The notes: generated by a model not told the origin, from the letters alone. A stretch of 64,000 nucleotides of DNA from Eledone cirrhosa (GCA_964016885.1 OZ024742.1:212412001-212476000); one strand, 5' to 3'; positions 26,163 through 40,309 are shown, counted from the first letter of the stretch. Made by a program: numbers and translations.

Positions 26163-26334
26163 AAGTTTTAATATAGATGAGATTCTACAGGACTAGAACT
26201 GTTTCATTCTTTAGAAATCATCAGGAATCTGGGTATCAAAAAAAATACCATACTTATTTTTTGATACCCAGATTCCTGATGATTTCTAAAGAATGAAACA
26301 GTTCTAGTCCTGTAGAATCTCATCTATATTAAAA

Positions 26335-26337
<3 letters not shown>
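26163..26337. repeat. Fold-back inverted repeat (about 83-bp arms, 7-nt loop)
   Basis: 26163-26247 versus 26255-26337, identical except A8 versus T6; abuts a (TA)n run. Confidence 0.97.
26270..26320 (+). ncRNA. Type I hammerhead ribozyme (mirror copy on the minus strand at 26180-26230)
   Basis: agattc CTGATGA t ttc taaa gaa t GAA ACAG ttctagtc CTGT A gaatct: 6-bp stem I, 3-bp stem II, 4-bp stem III, GUA cleavage triplet. Confidence 0.85.
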
Positions 26338-26371
<34 letters not shown>

Positions 26372-26985
26372 TTCGTAGGAAAGGGGAAAGGAGAGGAGAG
26401 TGCTCTATGTAGGCTACAGAGCTATTTAGTTATGTAATAAACAACATAAGACAATTATTCCATTTACCAAAGGTTCTATGAAGACAGACGAGCTCGACCC
26501 AGACGTCTGAAATCATTCATCAGAATGAATTTTATTTGAAGAGAAGTGAGATATGGATTTCAAAACAAAGCCTAAAACAATTGAAAGTGAGGCTGACGTA
26601 ATGTAATGGGGAAAATAATACATATATATGTATATATATATATAAATATACACATACATATATAATCATCTATGCATATACTTACATACATACACATAAA
26701 CATACGTACATGTACACACTCACACATACACACATACATAAACATAGAGACACGCGCATACATTCATACACATGTACGCATATATACACATATCGATATA
26801 TATATACATATATATACATATATATATATATACATATATATATACATACATATATATATAGGTATTGAAGTTTCCGTTGAAAATTGAAAAAGTCATAGGA
26901 GTGAAGGACGTTTCTTTCGTATTCGTCTTATTCGGGAAACCTCTGGTAATGAGGTAATTATATTGTATTGTTTATTATACATTAC

Positions 26986-27032
<47 letters not shown>

Positions 27033-27191
27033 CATACATATATATACACATACATATACATATATATATATATATATATACATACATATATATATACATA
27101 CATATACATATATATATATATATACATACATATATATATACATACATACACATATATATATATATATACATACATATATATATACATACAT

Positions 27192-27223
<32 letters not shown>

Positions 27224-27290
27224 GGGTGTTAAAGTTTGCTTGAAGCATTGTGAAATATGTATGTATATATATATATACATATATATATAT

Positions 27291-27321
<31 letters not shown>

Positions 27322-27440
27322 CAATTTAAAGGGTATATACATATAAACTAGACAAGGCCATAGAAATATATATATATATGTTTTTGGCAACCATTCACAG
27401 TGTGGCTCAATGACGAATTAACTAATTAATAATCAGAGCA

Positions 27441-27724
27441 ATATATAAAAAGTAAGTCGATATAATCATTAGATAAAATATATACAGTATTTCTTCTCCC
27501 AATCAGCATAAATTAACCACACAAAAAATCATTTAAACGAGGCTATAGGTTTAAAATATACCTATGAAGAAATAGTAGATAAAAGATACAGCTCTTTATC
27601 CACGTATATTTTAAACCTATAGCCTCGTTTAAATGATTTTTTGTGTGGTTAATTTATGCTGATTGGGAGAAGAAATACTGTATATATTTTATCTAATGAT
27701 TATATCGACTTACTTTTTATATAT
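27441..27724. repeat. Perfect inverted repeat, 121-bp arms, 42-nt spacer
   Basis: 27441-27561 is the exact reverse complement of 27604-27724; runs into (TA)n. Confidence 0.97.
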
Positions 27725-27749
27725 ATATATATATATATATATTTTTTTC

Positions 27750-27780
<31 letters not shown>

Positions 27781-27787
27781 TTATATT

Positions 27788-27822
<35 letters not shown>

Positions 27823-27825
27823 ATT

Positions 27826-27915
<90 letters not shown>

Positions 27916-28118
27916 ATGTATACGTACATACATATATGTATACAGACGTACAGTAATATGTATATATATACATACATGCATACATATATATATGTACGTA
28001 TGGATTTACCGAGCATTTATTATAATGCTCGGTTTGTTTGTAAACAAACATCCCGAATTAAGCCGTACAGTGTTTAGCAACCATCGTTGCCCTTTTGTTC
28101 AACACTGACAAAGGAACG

Positions 28119-28155
28119 ATGTACTAGTTTCAAGCTTATTAGCTATCGTCAGCAC
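28119..28155 (-). ncRNA. Minimal hammerhead ribozyme (Penelope type)
   Basis: gtg CTGACGA t agct aata agct t GAAAC TA GTA cat; palindromic stem III ACTAGT. Confidence 0.75.
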
Positions 28156-28347
28156 TGTATAGCTTCCTGCCAGATGATTGAACGTCTGAAAGTATATAAT
28201 TTCCTTATACATATTAACGGCTGAGCAACCTAATTTGCATATCAAGTGAGTTAATCGACCGAGCGCACCGAAAACGATAAATGGAAAAAATGAAACGAAA
28301 TTTCATTCCTCACTCTTAGTACGGCTGTTACTTAAATATATATATAC

Positions 28348-29226
28348 GGTGCTCCCTACCTTTTTATCATCGCAGTGGAGTATTGTATGCGCCTTGCACT
28401 GGAGAAACACCAGGACTCTGGCTTTACTGTAGCACCGGCTCAGAGCAGGAGAGTTAAGGCGAAAAAGATATCGGATGCTGAATTTGCCGACGACATAGTT
28501 TTGGTGACAAAAACAGTGAAAGAGGCAGAGGATTTGATGCAGGCGGTTGAGACTGTGTCGATGAGTGTGGGGCTGAGAATGAATGAGACTAAAACAAAAT
28601 ATCTGGTAGAGAATGTTGAGGGGATCACTAATGTAGGCGGGAAGCCGCTTGAATTGGTTGAGGACTTCCTGTATTTGGGAGCAAAGATTGGGAATACGGA
28701 AGATGATGTGGTTGAGAGGAAGAGCAAAGCCTGGGCGGCGTGCCACAGCTTGAGATCGGTGTGGAAGTCGGACCTTCGTAAAGACCTGAAAATCCGCCTC
28801 TTCATTGCTGTAGTGGAGTCTGTGCTGTTGTACGGGTCTGAGACTTGGACACTGACCAAGAAACTCACTCAGATGGTGGATGGGTGCTACACGAGAATAC
28901 TGAGGATGGCTCTGAACATTAATCAGTATACACTGAGGATGCAAAACTCAGAGCTGTATGGGAGCCTCCCAAATGTCAGCTCAAAAGTGACACAGAGGAG
29001 ACTGAGGTTAGCTGGACATGCTCACCGACATCCAGAGTTGACATTGCACTCAGTGCTCCTGTGGGAGCCCCAATATAGACACATTGGAAAACCAAGGTTA
29101 ACGTATGTTGATGCCCTAAGGGCAGACACTGGTCTGTTGGAGACGCAGGACATGGCAGCGATAATGAGGGACAGAGACCGCTGGAGAGAACTCGTCCATG
29201 GATCTCGAGAACTTTACCCGCCCTAG
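28348..29226 (+). mobile_element. 5'-truncated LINE (RTE/RTEX-like) with an open RT C-terminal ORF
   Basis: PYLFIIAVEYCMR, EFADDIVL, DFLYLG, VLLYGSETW, RLRLAGHAHR; uninterrupted over 283 aa and flanked by TA repeats. Confidence 0.93.
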
Positions 29227-29394
29227 AAAATATATATATACATATTTATATATAAACATATATATAAATATTTCATATCTCCAAAGAAATACAGTTTTAG
29301 GAAGCCGTAGCTATGCAAACACCGTGGAGGGGGGGGGGGGGGGGGGCAACGCCCTCTGGTGATGTCCAGCAGAAGCAAGGGGGACAACCGTCTA

Positions 29395-30806
29395 TGCATT
29401 TCTGGGCTTCTGCTGGACATTGCCAGCGGGCATCAAATTTGGTGAGGAGAGCACGATAACGGCGTTGACAAACTTGATGAACCACTGCTGGAGGGTTGGT
29501 TGGGTTCCCCTTGATGTCATCGTCAGACTGCAACAACTGGCGTGGTATCACATTGCTGTCAGTCCCAGGCAAGGCGTTCTACACTGTGCTGCTGCGTCGA
29601 CTCCGGCACGTTGTCGGCTCTGTGCTCCGGGAGGAACAAGCTGGCTTCTGAAAAAATCGATCTTGCACGGAACAGATCTTTACACTACGCAACATTCTTG
29701 AACAATGCGTTGAGCTACAACAGTCTTTGGCGGTCAATTTTATTGATTTCCAGAAGGCATTCGACAGTGTACACCGGGAGTTGCTGTGGAATGTTGTGCA
29801 ATTGTACGGCATTTCTGCAAGATTCATCACCATTTTCAAGGCCCTGTATGAAAACTCCAGCTGCTGCGTGCGAACTGAGTTCTTTGACATTGTCTCCGGA
29901 GTCAGACAGGGTTGCATTCTCTCTCCACTGTTGTTCCTGCTGGCAGCCAATTTCGTACTAAGGCGAATGGATGAAGGACCCGGTCGAGGAATCCCATGGA
30001 GAGGGCAGTCGAGGCTGAGGGTCCTGGCATTCGCCGACGACATCGCTTTGATCGCTGAAAACAGTGCAGATCTGCAGGACCCAACAACATTCCTACAAGA
30101 GAGTGCGGAAAAGATCGGCCTGAGAATCAACACCAAAAAGACCAAGGTCATGAGAACGGCCAGCAACACAGGTCCAGTGATCAGAGTCAACCAACAGGAC
30201 CTCGAGGAAGTCGATCACTTCACCTATTTGAGCAGCATCCTGACAAGCAGCGGCGATGCGGAGCTCGACATCAACTGTCGGATCGGCAAAGGAGCCGCAG
30301 TTATCCAGCGGATGTGCCCAGTCAGGTGGTCTTTATGCATTAGCACCAAGACCAAGCTCCGCCTGTACAACAGCATCGTGCTGTCAACAGTGTTTTATGC
30401 AAGCAAGACACCTGGAAGAGTACTGCAAAAAATAGAGAGACGGCTGAACGCTTTCCATCAGCGGTGCCTGTGAAAGATCCTTCACGTGTCCTGGCACGAC
30501 CGAGTGTGAAACGAGGAGATCCTGCGGAGAGCTGAGTCGTGGAGGCTACAGAGAGTGGTCATGGTGTGTCGGTGCCATCTGGCTGGCCATATTAACGGCA
30601 TTCGAAAACAGCGATGAACTGGACTTCACCGGGTCGTAAACAGAGGCAGGGTTGCCCAAGGATCACCTGGCGACGAACGTTCCGGAAGGACCTGATGGCA
30701 GCCAACATCACCTGGCACGGCCTTGAAAAAGTTGCCGCTGATTGTCACCGTTGGCGAGTACCTACTGCTCGATGTGCCGAACGGCGCGGAAGAATCTACG
30801 GTTAAG
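29395..30806 (+). mobile_element. 5'-truncated RTE-clade LINE reverse transcriptase, decayed
   Basis: NWRGITLLSVPGK, REEQAGF, FIDFQKAFDSVHR, GVRQGCILSPLLF, FADDIAL, ending [15 protein letters not shown]; stops and deletions present. Confidence 0.93.
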
Positions 30807-31026
30807 ATACATATATATACACACATATATATATATACACATATATATATACATATATATACACACATATACATATATATACACACATATATATATACAC
30901 ACATATATATATACACATATATATACATATATATATATACACACATATACATATACACACATATACATATATATACACATATATAAATACATATACATAT
31001 ATATATATACATATATATACATATAG

Positions 31027-31059
<33 letters not shown>

Positions 31060-31278
31060 CATACATATATATATACATATATATACATACATATATATAT
31101 ACATACATGTATATATACATATATATACATACATATACATACATATATACATACATATATATATATATATATACATATATATACATATATATATACATAT
31201 ATATACATACATATATATACATATATATACATATATATATATATATACATACATATATATATACATATATATACATAC

Positions 31279-31323
<45 letters not shown>

Positions 31324-31372
31324 CATATATACATATATATATATACATATATATATATACATATATATATAC

Positions 31373-31739
31373 ATCATCATCATCATCGTTTAACGTCCAT
31401 ATTCCACGCTTCGCATGGGTTTGGACGGGAGTTTTCCCACTTGAGGCAAGAGTGGTTGTCTTGCTCGCATAGGACTGTCTGGCGGGTTTTCTACGGCTGG
31501 ATGCCCTTCCTAACACCAACCTCATTTACAGTGAGTGCTGGGTGCTTTTTTGCTGTGGCGCCTCCACGTCCACTTTGCAGTGGAATGATATGGACCCCAG
31601 TCCCTATCATCTCATTTCTACAGCTGAGTAAACTGGAGCAATGTGAAATAAAGTGTCTTGCTCAAGGAAACAACACATCACCCGGTCTGAGAATTGAACT
31701 CACAACCTTTCGATTGCAAGGCCAATGCTCTAACCACTA
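31373..31739 (-). mobile_element. Composite SINE (tRNA head, CCTTGAGCAAGACACTT core, RTE-type tail)
   Basis: Head TTAGTGGTTAGAGC..GAGTTCAATTCTC and (TGA)n tail; second copy at 43672-43945. Confidence 0.85.
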
Positions 31740-31974
31740 AATATACATATATATATATATACACATATATCCATATATATACATATACATATATATCCAT
31801 ATATATACATATACATATATATACATATACATATATATACATATATATACATATACATATACATATATATACATATATATACATATACATATATATACAT
31901 ATATATATATATACAAGTATATATATATACATATACATATATATATATACAAGTATATATATACACATATACAT

Positions 31975-32008
<34 letters not shown>

Positions 32009-32166
32009 ATATATACAAGTATATATATATACATATACATATATATATACAAGTATATATATATACATATACATATATATATACAAGTATATATATATAC
32101 ATATACATATATTTACATATATATATATATATACAAGTATATATATATATACATATATATATATAC

Positions 32167-32199
<33 letters not shown>

Positions 32200-32370
32200 C
32201 ACATGTATATATATACATATATATATATATATACACACATATATATATACATATATATATACATATATATATTCATATACACATACATATACATATATAT
32301 ATATACATATATATACATATATATATACATATATATATTCATATACACATACATATACATATATATACAT

Positions 32371-32589
32371 ATATAGAAAGGATAAAAAGGACGATTGATT
32401 ATTCCTTCATTGCATTTATTGATAGGTGACGCGCGTTTCGCCTCTGATCAGCTCAAGGTTCGATCTATATTGATCCTACCCGACTCAATAATCCGCAGCT
32501 CGATGGACCCTCTTAAAATGCTATAAGAAAATGAAATTCAATAAATGCAATGAAGGAATAATCAATCCTCCTTGTTATCCTTTCTATAT
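32371..32589. repeat. Inverted repeat (52-bp arms, 2 mismatches) around a 115-nt spacer
   Basis: 32371-32422 versus 32538-32589; the spacer carries minus-strand GAAACGCGCGTC, a hammerhead-like stem III. Confidence 0.9.
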
Positions 32590-33018
32590 ATTACACTCTG
32601 TATAGCTCTACACCTCATCACAGAAGTGAACCTAAACATCGAGTGCTCTCCCGGGTGAACCTGCAGTAACTCCTAGTTACACCCCCTGGATATATATATA
32701 TATACATATATATATATACATATATATTCATATTCATATATATATATACATATATATATATACATATATATTCATATTCATATATATATATACATATATA
32801 TATATACATATATATATATACATATATATTCATATATATATATATACATATATATATATACATATATATATATACATATATATTCATATATATATATATA
32901 CATATATATTCATATATATATATATACATATATATATATACATATATATATATACATATATATTCATATATATATATACATATATATATATACATATATA
33001 TTCATATATATATATATA

Positions 33019-33074
<56 letters not shown>

Positions 33075-33326
33075 TATATATATATATATTCATATATATA
33101 TATATATTCATATATATATATATATATATATATTCATATATATATATATATTCATATATATATATATTCATATATATATATATATTCATATATATATATA
33201 TTCATATATATATATATATTCATATATATATATATATTCATATATATATATATATTCATATATATATATATATTCATATATATATATATATTCATATATA
33301 TATATATTCATATATATATATATATA

Positions 33327-33390
<64 letters not shown>

Positions 33391-33402
33391 TATATATATA
33401 TA

Positions 33403-33446
<44 letters not shown>

Positions 33447-33458
33447 TATATATATATA

Positions 33459-33496
<38 letters not shown>

Positions 33497-33508
33497 TATA
33501 TATATATA

Positions 33509-33568
<60 letters not shown>

Positions 33569-33604
33569 TATATATATATATTCATATATATATATATATA
33601 TATA

Positions 33605-33691
<87 letters not shown>

Positions 33692-33693
33692 TC

Positions 33694-33748
<55 letters not shown>

Positions 33749-33769
33749 CATATTCATATATATATATAC

Positions 33770-33822
<53 letters not shown>

Positions 33823-33834
33823 CATATATATATA

Positions 33835-33960
<126 letters not shown>

Positions 33961-34089
33961 TATATTCATATATATATACATATATACATATATATATATA
34001 TTCATATATACATATATATATACATATATATATATATTCATATATACATATATATATATATTCATATATATATATACATATATATATAT

Positions 34090-34677
34090 CATCATCCATC
34101 ATCATCATCACCGTTTTACGTCCGTTCTTCCACGCTAGCATGGGTTAGACGGGTTGTCCTGTTGTGGGCAGTGTCTGGTCGGCTGACCATGCCTTGCTCA
34201 TACAGGAACTGATCTGGCTTGATTTCTACAGCTGGATGCCCTTCCTAACACCAACCTCATTTACAGTGAGTGCTGGGTGCTTTTTCGTGGCGCCTACACG
34301 TCCACTTTACAGTGTGGGCTGGGTGCTTTTTTGCCGTGGCACCTCCACGGCCACCTTGCGGTGGGGGGGGGGGGGCATATTGTTTATATGCTTCAGCATG
34401 TACCCATGGGAGGTCGGGTACCCTGTATTACTGCGTGACGCCAGAAGTCACGGTCGTGTGTCATTGACTTTGAGAGGTGTAGTTGGGTAAGGTCGGCTTT
34501 TATCACCTCATCCCAAGTCAACTTGGGTCTCCCCACTCCGCGGTTTCCATCAACTTCTAGTGCTCTGCACCTTTTTATGCAGCTGTCATCCTTCATACGC
34601 ATCACATGTCCATACCAGCGTAACCGCCTCTCCTGCACGCAGCATTTGATTCCTCTTATGCTCAGTCTCTCTCTCAA
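34090..34677 (-). mobile_element. RTE-clade LINE 3' end (ORF C-terminus, UTR, (TGA)n tail)
   Basis: ORF 34393-34677 [27 protein letters not shown]. Confidence 0.92.
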
Positions 34678-34874
34678 TTCATTTATTCATATATATATAT
34701 TCATATATATACATATATATATTCATATATATATATATATATATATACATATATACATATTCATATATATATATATACATATATATATATTCATATATAT
34801 ATATATATATATATATATACTTATATATATACATATATATATACATATATTCATATATATATATATATATATAC

Positions 34875-34931
<57 letters not shown>

Positions 34932-35102
34932 AATATCTAAGTCCAAAATTAAGATAAATTAATTAAATGAATTTAATCTAAATCGAAATCATGGGTGTCA
35001 TGACATAATGCATGCGCCATATATCCTGAGAATTTAAGCTCAAAGATAAATACATCTGAGCATATTATAATAACTAGAGATTGATTAACATATAAAAATA
35101 CA

Positions 35103-35162
<60 letters not shown>

Positions 35163-35434
35163 CATATATATATACTTATACATATATATATACTTATACA
35201 TATATATATATATACATATATATATACGTATATATATAAAGTTATCAAAGTATATATACATACATATATATACACACACATATATATATATATATATAGA
35301 AAAAATGAAATTTCATTTCTCACTCTCAGTACGGCCTAGTACATATATATATATACATACATATATATATATACATACATATATACATATATATATACAT
35401 ATATATATATACATACATATATACATATATATAT

Positions 35435-35465
<31 letters not shown>

Positions 35466-35813
35466 CTTACATATATACATATATATATATATACTAACAT
35501 ATATACATATATATATATATACTTACATATATACATATATATATACATACATATATACATATATATATACACTTACATATATACATATATATATACTTAC
35601 ATATATATATACATACATATATATATACACATACATATATATATATACATACATATATACATACATACATATATATATATACATACATATATATATACAT
35701 ACATATATATATACATACATATATACATACATATATATATACATACATATATATATACATACATATATATATACATACATATATATATACATACATATAT
35801 ATATACATACATA

Positions 35814-35849
<36 letters not shown>

Positions 35850-36133
35850 CATATACATACATATATATATATACATACATATATACATACATACATATAT
35901 ATATACATACATATATATATACATACATATATATATATACATACATATATATATATGTATGTATATATATATGTATATACTCACTGTAAATGAGGTTGGT
36001 GTTAGGAAGGGCATCCAGCTGTAGAAATCAAGTCAGAATAAGTTCCTGTCCCACCCTTGCAAGCAGGGAAAAGCGGACGTAAAATGAAATGATGATGATG
36101 ATATACATATATATATATTTATTTATATAATAT

Positions 36134-36278
36134 AATTGTTTCTACTTTAGGCACAAGGCCAGCAATTACCCAGTGCATTACTGGTACTTTATTTTATCGA
36201 ACTCAGATCGTAAAGGGACGTAACTATGCTGGAAAGCATGGCGTCCGACCCTCTACCGATACTGCCAATCCACCGCCC
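36134..36278 (-). mobile_element. tRNA-derived SINE with an internal deletion
   Basis: Near-identical to 25587-25772 but lacking the central segment. Confidence 0.9.
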
Positions 36279-36396
36279 GTTGCCACCACGGTCGGCACTT
36301 ACCGAGCCGTCGACAGTTGATAGGGCGGTCGCGCGAAGGCCAGAAGCGATTCTAAGCCCGTGCGATCGTACTGACAGTTATCCAGAGTCACCAAAG
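36276..36396 (-). pseudogene. 18S rRNA fragment (5' domain)
   Basis: Minus strand TTGGTGACTCTGGATAACT..GATCGCACGG..GCCCTATCAACTGTCGACGG..CCGTGGTGGCAACGGG, colinear with conserved eukaryotic SSU rRNA motifs; probable short internal deletion. Confidence 0.85.
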
Positions 36397-38120
36397 TCGA
36401 ATTGATGCGCGAATAATGAATGTTAAAGTGTCAATCATATATAAATCATCAGTTCAAACTATTACGTAAATATAATATTAGGTAGAACAAGAAGTGTGAG
36501 TTATGTATGTATTTATCCACATAGAGGTTGTATATCGGGGTGGGGAAAAAAAACAAACAAAGACAACAAATGGGGATTTGCAGAACAGCCGACTGTTTTC
36601 AGCTTCTTGTATCTCGTCTGTGGCACACGCGCATTTAGCTTTGTGCTGTGTCTGTATACAATTGTTTCTTCATTTCTTTAGCCAATTTAAAAGCTAATAA
36701 ACTGACCATATAAGCACAAACCATAAAGTTTAATAGATTCTTTGCTTCAGTTTTTATTTCAAATTCCATTACGTTGGTGATGTAGACTATGAAAATGTAA
36801 GCTGTAATCTTCAAACTATATATTATTTAACATGAGCAAGTAGTTATTCAGAGACACTGTTACTGTTGATTTGCAAAGAAAATAACAGAAGAGAAACATT
36901 AGAAAGTTTTGTGTAATAGGATGGTCTGATTAATGCAGCATCCACATTTCCTTCAATAAACTCGTTACAGCCAGAAATTCAACAGTTAATAGATTATTCC
37001 TCACTAATAAAGTATGAGCAAATTATAGCCTAAGTGAATACATTACAATGAGAAATACTTCAAGCATAAATTGAATATATTTGATAAAGACAAAGGTTTG
37101 AATTTGGCTAAAATGTTGAGAGAATATTCTTCAGTTAGTCAACTCCAATATAAGTATTTTTCAAGCTCACCTGATTGCAGTAATACTTCCTCTTTTAAAA
37201 GTTTAAAAGCCAACATGTTAAATTTATACAAAGTCTAATTATAGGTACTGATATGATTCTGTATAAAACGCAAAAAATTAGTTACATGGTTTCATTGCTG
37301 GGTGAATTAATTCCTTGGTGTGGAAACAGAAGACACAAAAGTTTAGTAGTTGTTGTATCAGGATCTAGTTACATGGATTTCAATCACAAAATATTCAGAG
37401 TATATCTCTGGATAGTTACTGGACAGTTACTTAATTTGCCAGTTGTTGTTTAACCTCAACTCAACTCTGATTGAAGCAGATTTACTATGATTAAAGGCAG
37501 TCCAGTTGTGATCATTTTGTTTTCTTAGGGATATCTAAGTCTTTACGTTATTTAAAGTCCTTTCTCTATTTAAGATAGTTGAATGCAATTTGTGCTAGAT
37601 TTGGCAACTATTTCTAGCAAGCCAAGCGTCTTCTTCATTTCTTCACTAATAAGACATATTGCTGTCTGTACCTCCATACAAATGAATCATAAAACTATCA
37701 ATTCCACACATTATATTGTATGTTTCTTGTTCTCCAATCTGATCTGGGTCTTCTCACTCTTGTTGGAGGAATCCCTCCCTGGTTGACTTCCACTGCTTTC
37801 TGTTTAGTTTTGGTCATGTCAGGGGTGTAGCCATACTCACCATACTTGGCCAATTGCAGGTTGGTGAGGCTATTTAACCCGTAGTTGAGATGGCTGGCCG
37901 TTGAATTAATCCGCCTTTTTAACAGCTCTTGTTTTCTGTGCTACTGGGGTTCTACTTAACCTCCACATCAGACAATGGTCTAGTGGGTGAGCTGGTTTAA
38001 TCACCAACCGCTTGACCATAAAGCAGAATTATACTGAGTTATATGGCATCAATAGCAGGGAGAAGTCAGGCCTGACCTAAAGATGCCTAGTTCTAAAAAT
38101 TAGTTTAAAATTGATGGTTC

Positions 38121-38185
38121 CATACTAGATATTAAGCTGATAAGAACAGATACTACACTTTGATCTTAGCCAAAAGGCTGAGAAG
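38121..38185 (-). pseudogene. U2: U2 snRNA 5' fragment
   Basis: CTTCTCAGCCTTTTGGCTAAGATCAAAGTGTAGTATCTGTTCTTATCAGCTTAATATCT; includes branch-point recognition GTAGTA; no Sm site. Confidence 0.95.
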
Positions 38186-38204
38186 GTTTCTTGTTCTAAA
38201 AGTA

Positions 38205-38810
38205 TTCAAAGTGGTTACATCAGAGTTTATATTTCTCTGTGGTCAGAAAAATTGGGATCAGATTATTTTCTAGTTTTGTTAAACTTTCATCACAGAGAGA
38301 ATATCCAACTCCTGTTCCCGAAAGAAATACAGGACCTCATCAACAGCAAATGAGTATAACATATTGAACCAGGGTATTCTTCTAGAAAGGCTGATACATG
38401 CCAGTTAGACAAGGCATGCAATGTAGAATCAGTCACATATGGAGCTAAAGTTATTTCAACCATATCACAGCAACAAGCCGGGATGTGTTATATAGTTACA
38501 TTTGAGGATGAATTTAAAAGCAAAGGTTTTAAAAAAAAAAAATCATAATACATCCTTCAAGTAGTCATTAGCGAAATTCCACTACACTGGCCAATCATGT
38601 AAGGAAATTGAAAGAACCCAATGCAAATGATGGTATCAGGTGCAGAGTTCTTGAAAGATGCATATACAAATGGGTCAAGGAAAATGTCAACATTGTACAG
38701 CAGAGAAGGCACATACATTGGAGAATAAAAAAAAAACACACTGATAGCTGCCTTATTACTAGGATCAATGTCTTTAATAGGTGACTACATGTCAACAAAT
38801 TCACATAAGC
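38205..38810 (+). mobile_element. Highly decayed Penelope-like GIY-YIG endonuclease region
   Basis: Frame-broken motifs KQRF..NHNTSFK, LANHVRKLKE, RVLERC, GKCQHCTAEK and HVNKF in the order expected for a Penelope endonuclease C-terminus. Confidence 0.65.
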
Positions 38811-39345
38811 CTATTGAAATATTCCACCCACACAAGGTTAACATTTAACCAGGGGTGCACTTGACACTCTCGGATGTAGATAGCTTCATGCATTACACAT
38901 TTCTATATAAACTTTACATCTCATAATAAACGCCTCTCTCATATACACCATATTACATCAACAACCCCATACATACTTTTACAGATACCACCTTCAAGCA
39001 TACCCCATTTAGACAAACTCCTAATTCCTCATTTCATACATATATGCACCTTCACATAAACTAATTTACACACAAAAACATTTCTTATAGAAATTAACAT
39101 GGTTTTAGTATTGGACAGCATATTTCATGAGGTAATGTTACATTGCCTAAGAAATAATCTTTTATAATTTTTCTTAGTATTTTCCATTAGAAATTACAAT
39201 CTAAGGGACACAACACGCCTAAAAATAAAAAGGAATTATGACCCCTTTACAAGATCACTTTCTTCTCTTCTGCCTCATCATGAGCAGATTTTAATTTACC
39301 TGATGAATAGATGATACACATAAATTTGTAATTATACATATACGC

Positions 39346-39399
<54 letters not shown>

Positions 39400-40309
39400 C
39401 GTTTTCAAATATAAAATTGTCATCTTGTTTTATGAGAAAAATTGTTGAAATTTAACTTTTTATGATCAATTAGTGGAAGTTATAATCCAGATGAAATAGA
39501 AATTTAATTTTAAATGATATTTGGCATGCAGAAGAAATCAAAATGACATTACTAGTTAAAGAGAAATTGTTCAGCAAACTGAAATTAATTTGATTTAGAG
39601 AAGTGAAAGGGTTATTTGTCAAAAAGATGAAATACTTGCAACAAAATAGAAGTGGAAAGATTACTATGAACCAGTAATGTCTTTTTATCAGTAGTAGCCT
39701 ATATTTCAATCATAAATAGTTCAAAACCGGAATAAATTGATTTGTTGTGAAGAAGAGAAAAAAATTTAATATTTTGAGCAGTACTATTTCATCATCATCA
39801 TCGTTTTTAGATCTGCATTTCCAATTTAGAATGGGTTGGATGAGATTTCTTTGAGGCAGTTTTTTTTCTAGAGCTGGATGCCCTTCCAACTCCTTCCTTA
39901 TTTTCAAGCATGGTATGTACCACCCATGTTTATCACACCACATCACTGTGGAATGTGCTAGTTATGTAGGACATAAACGTCACTGCTTGCTTTAATCATT
40001 GTCAATATAAAAGTACATGTGGTAAATTGACACATACATAAACAATGACAGGCTTTTTTACAGCCTCCATCTACCAAATTCACTCACAAGGCATTGATGA
40101 GCCTGCGGCATTTGTAAGACACTTGCTCAAAGTGTGACAGTGGGATAGAACCCCAAACAATGTGGTTATGAAGGGAAGTTTTTAACCATACAGTCATGCC
40201 TGCACTTTGAATATTTATATTCAATAACTGCCAATGAAGAACATCATTAGTTTCTATTTAGTCTGTATTTTACTCTTACAATTTACTCAATGTTTTTATT
40301 ACACTATTA

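Noticed and set aside
28303-30190. Antisense ORFs of 142-213 aa
   Set aside because: Shadow frames of LINE RT coding sequence.
39295-39330. CAG|GTAAAT recursive-splice-like site, overlapping a plus-strand CTGATGA
   Set aside because: Weak donor and tract, no downstream GAAA; expected by chance or as element debris.
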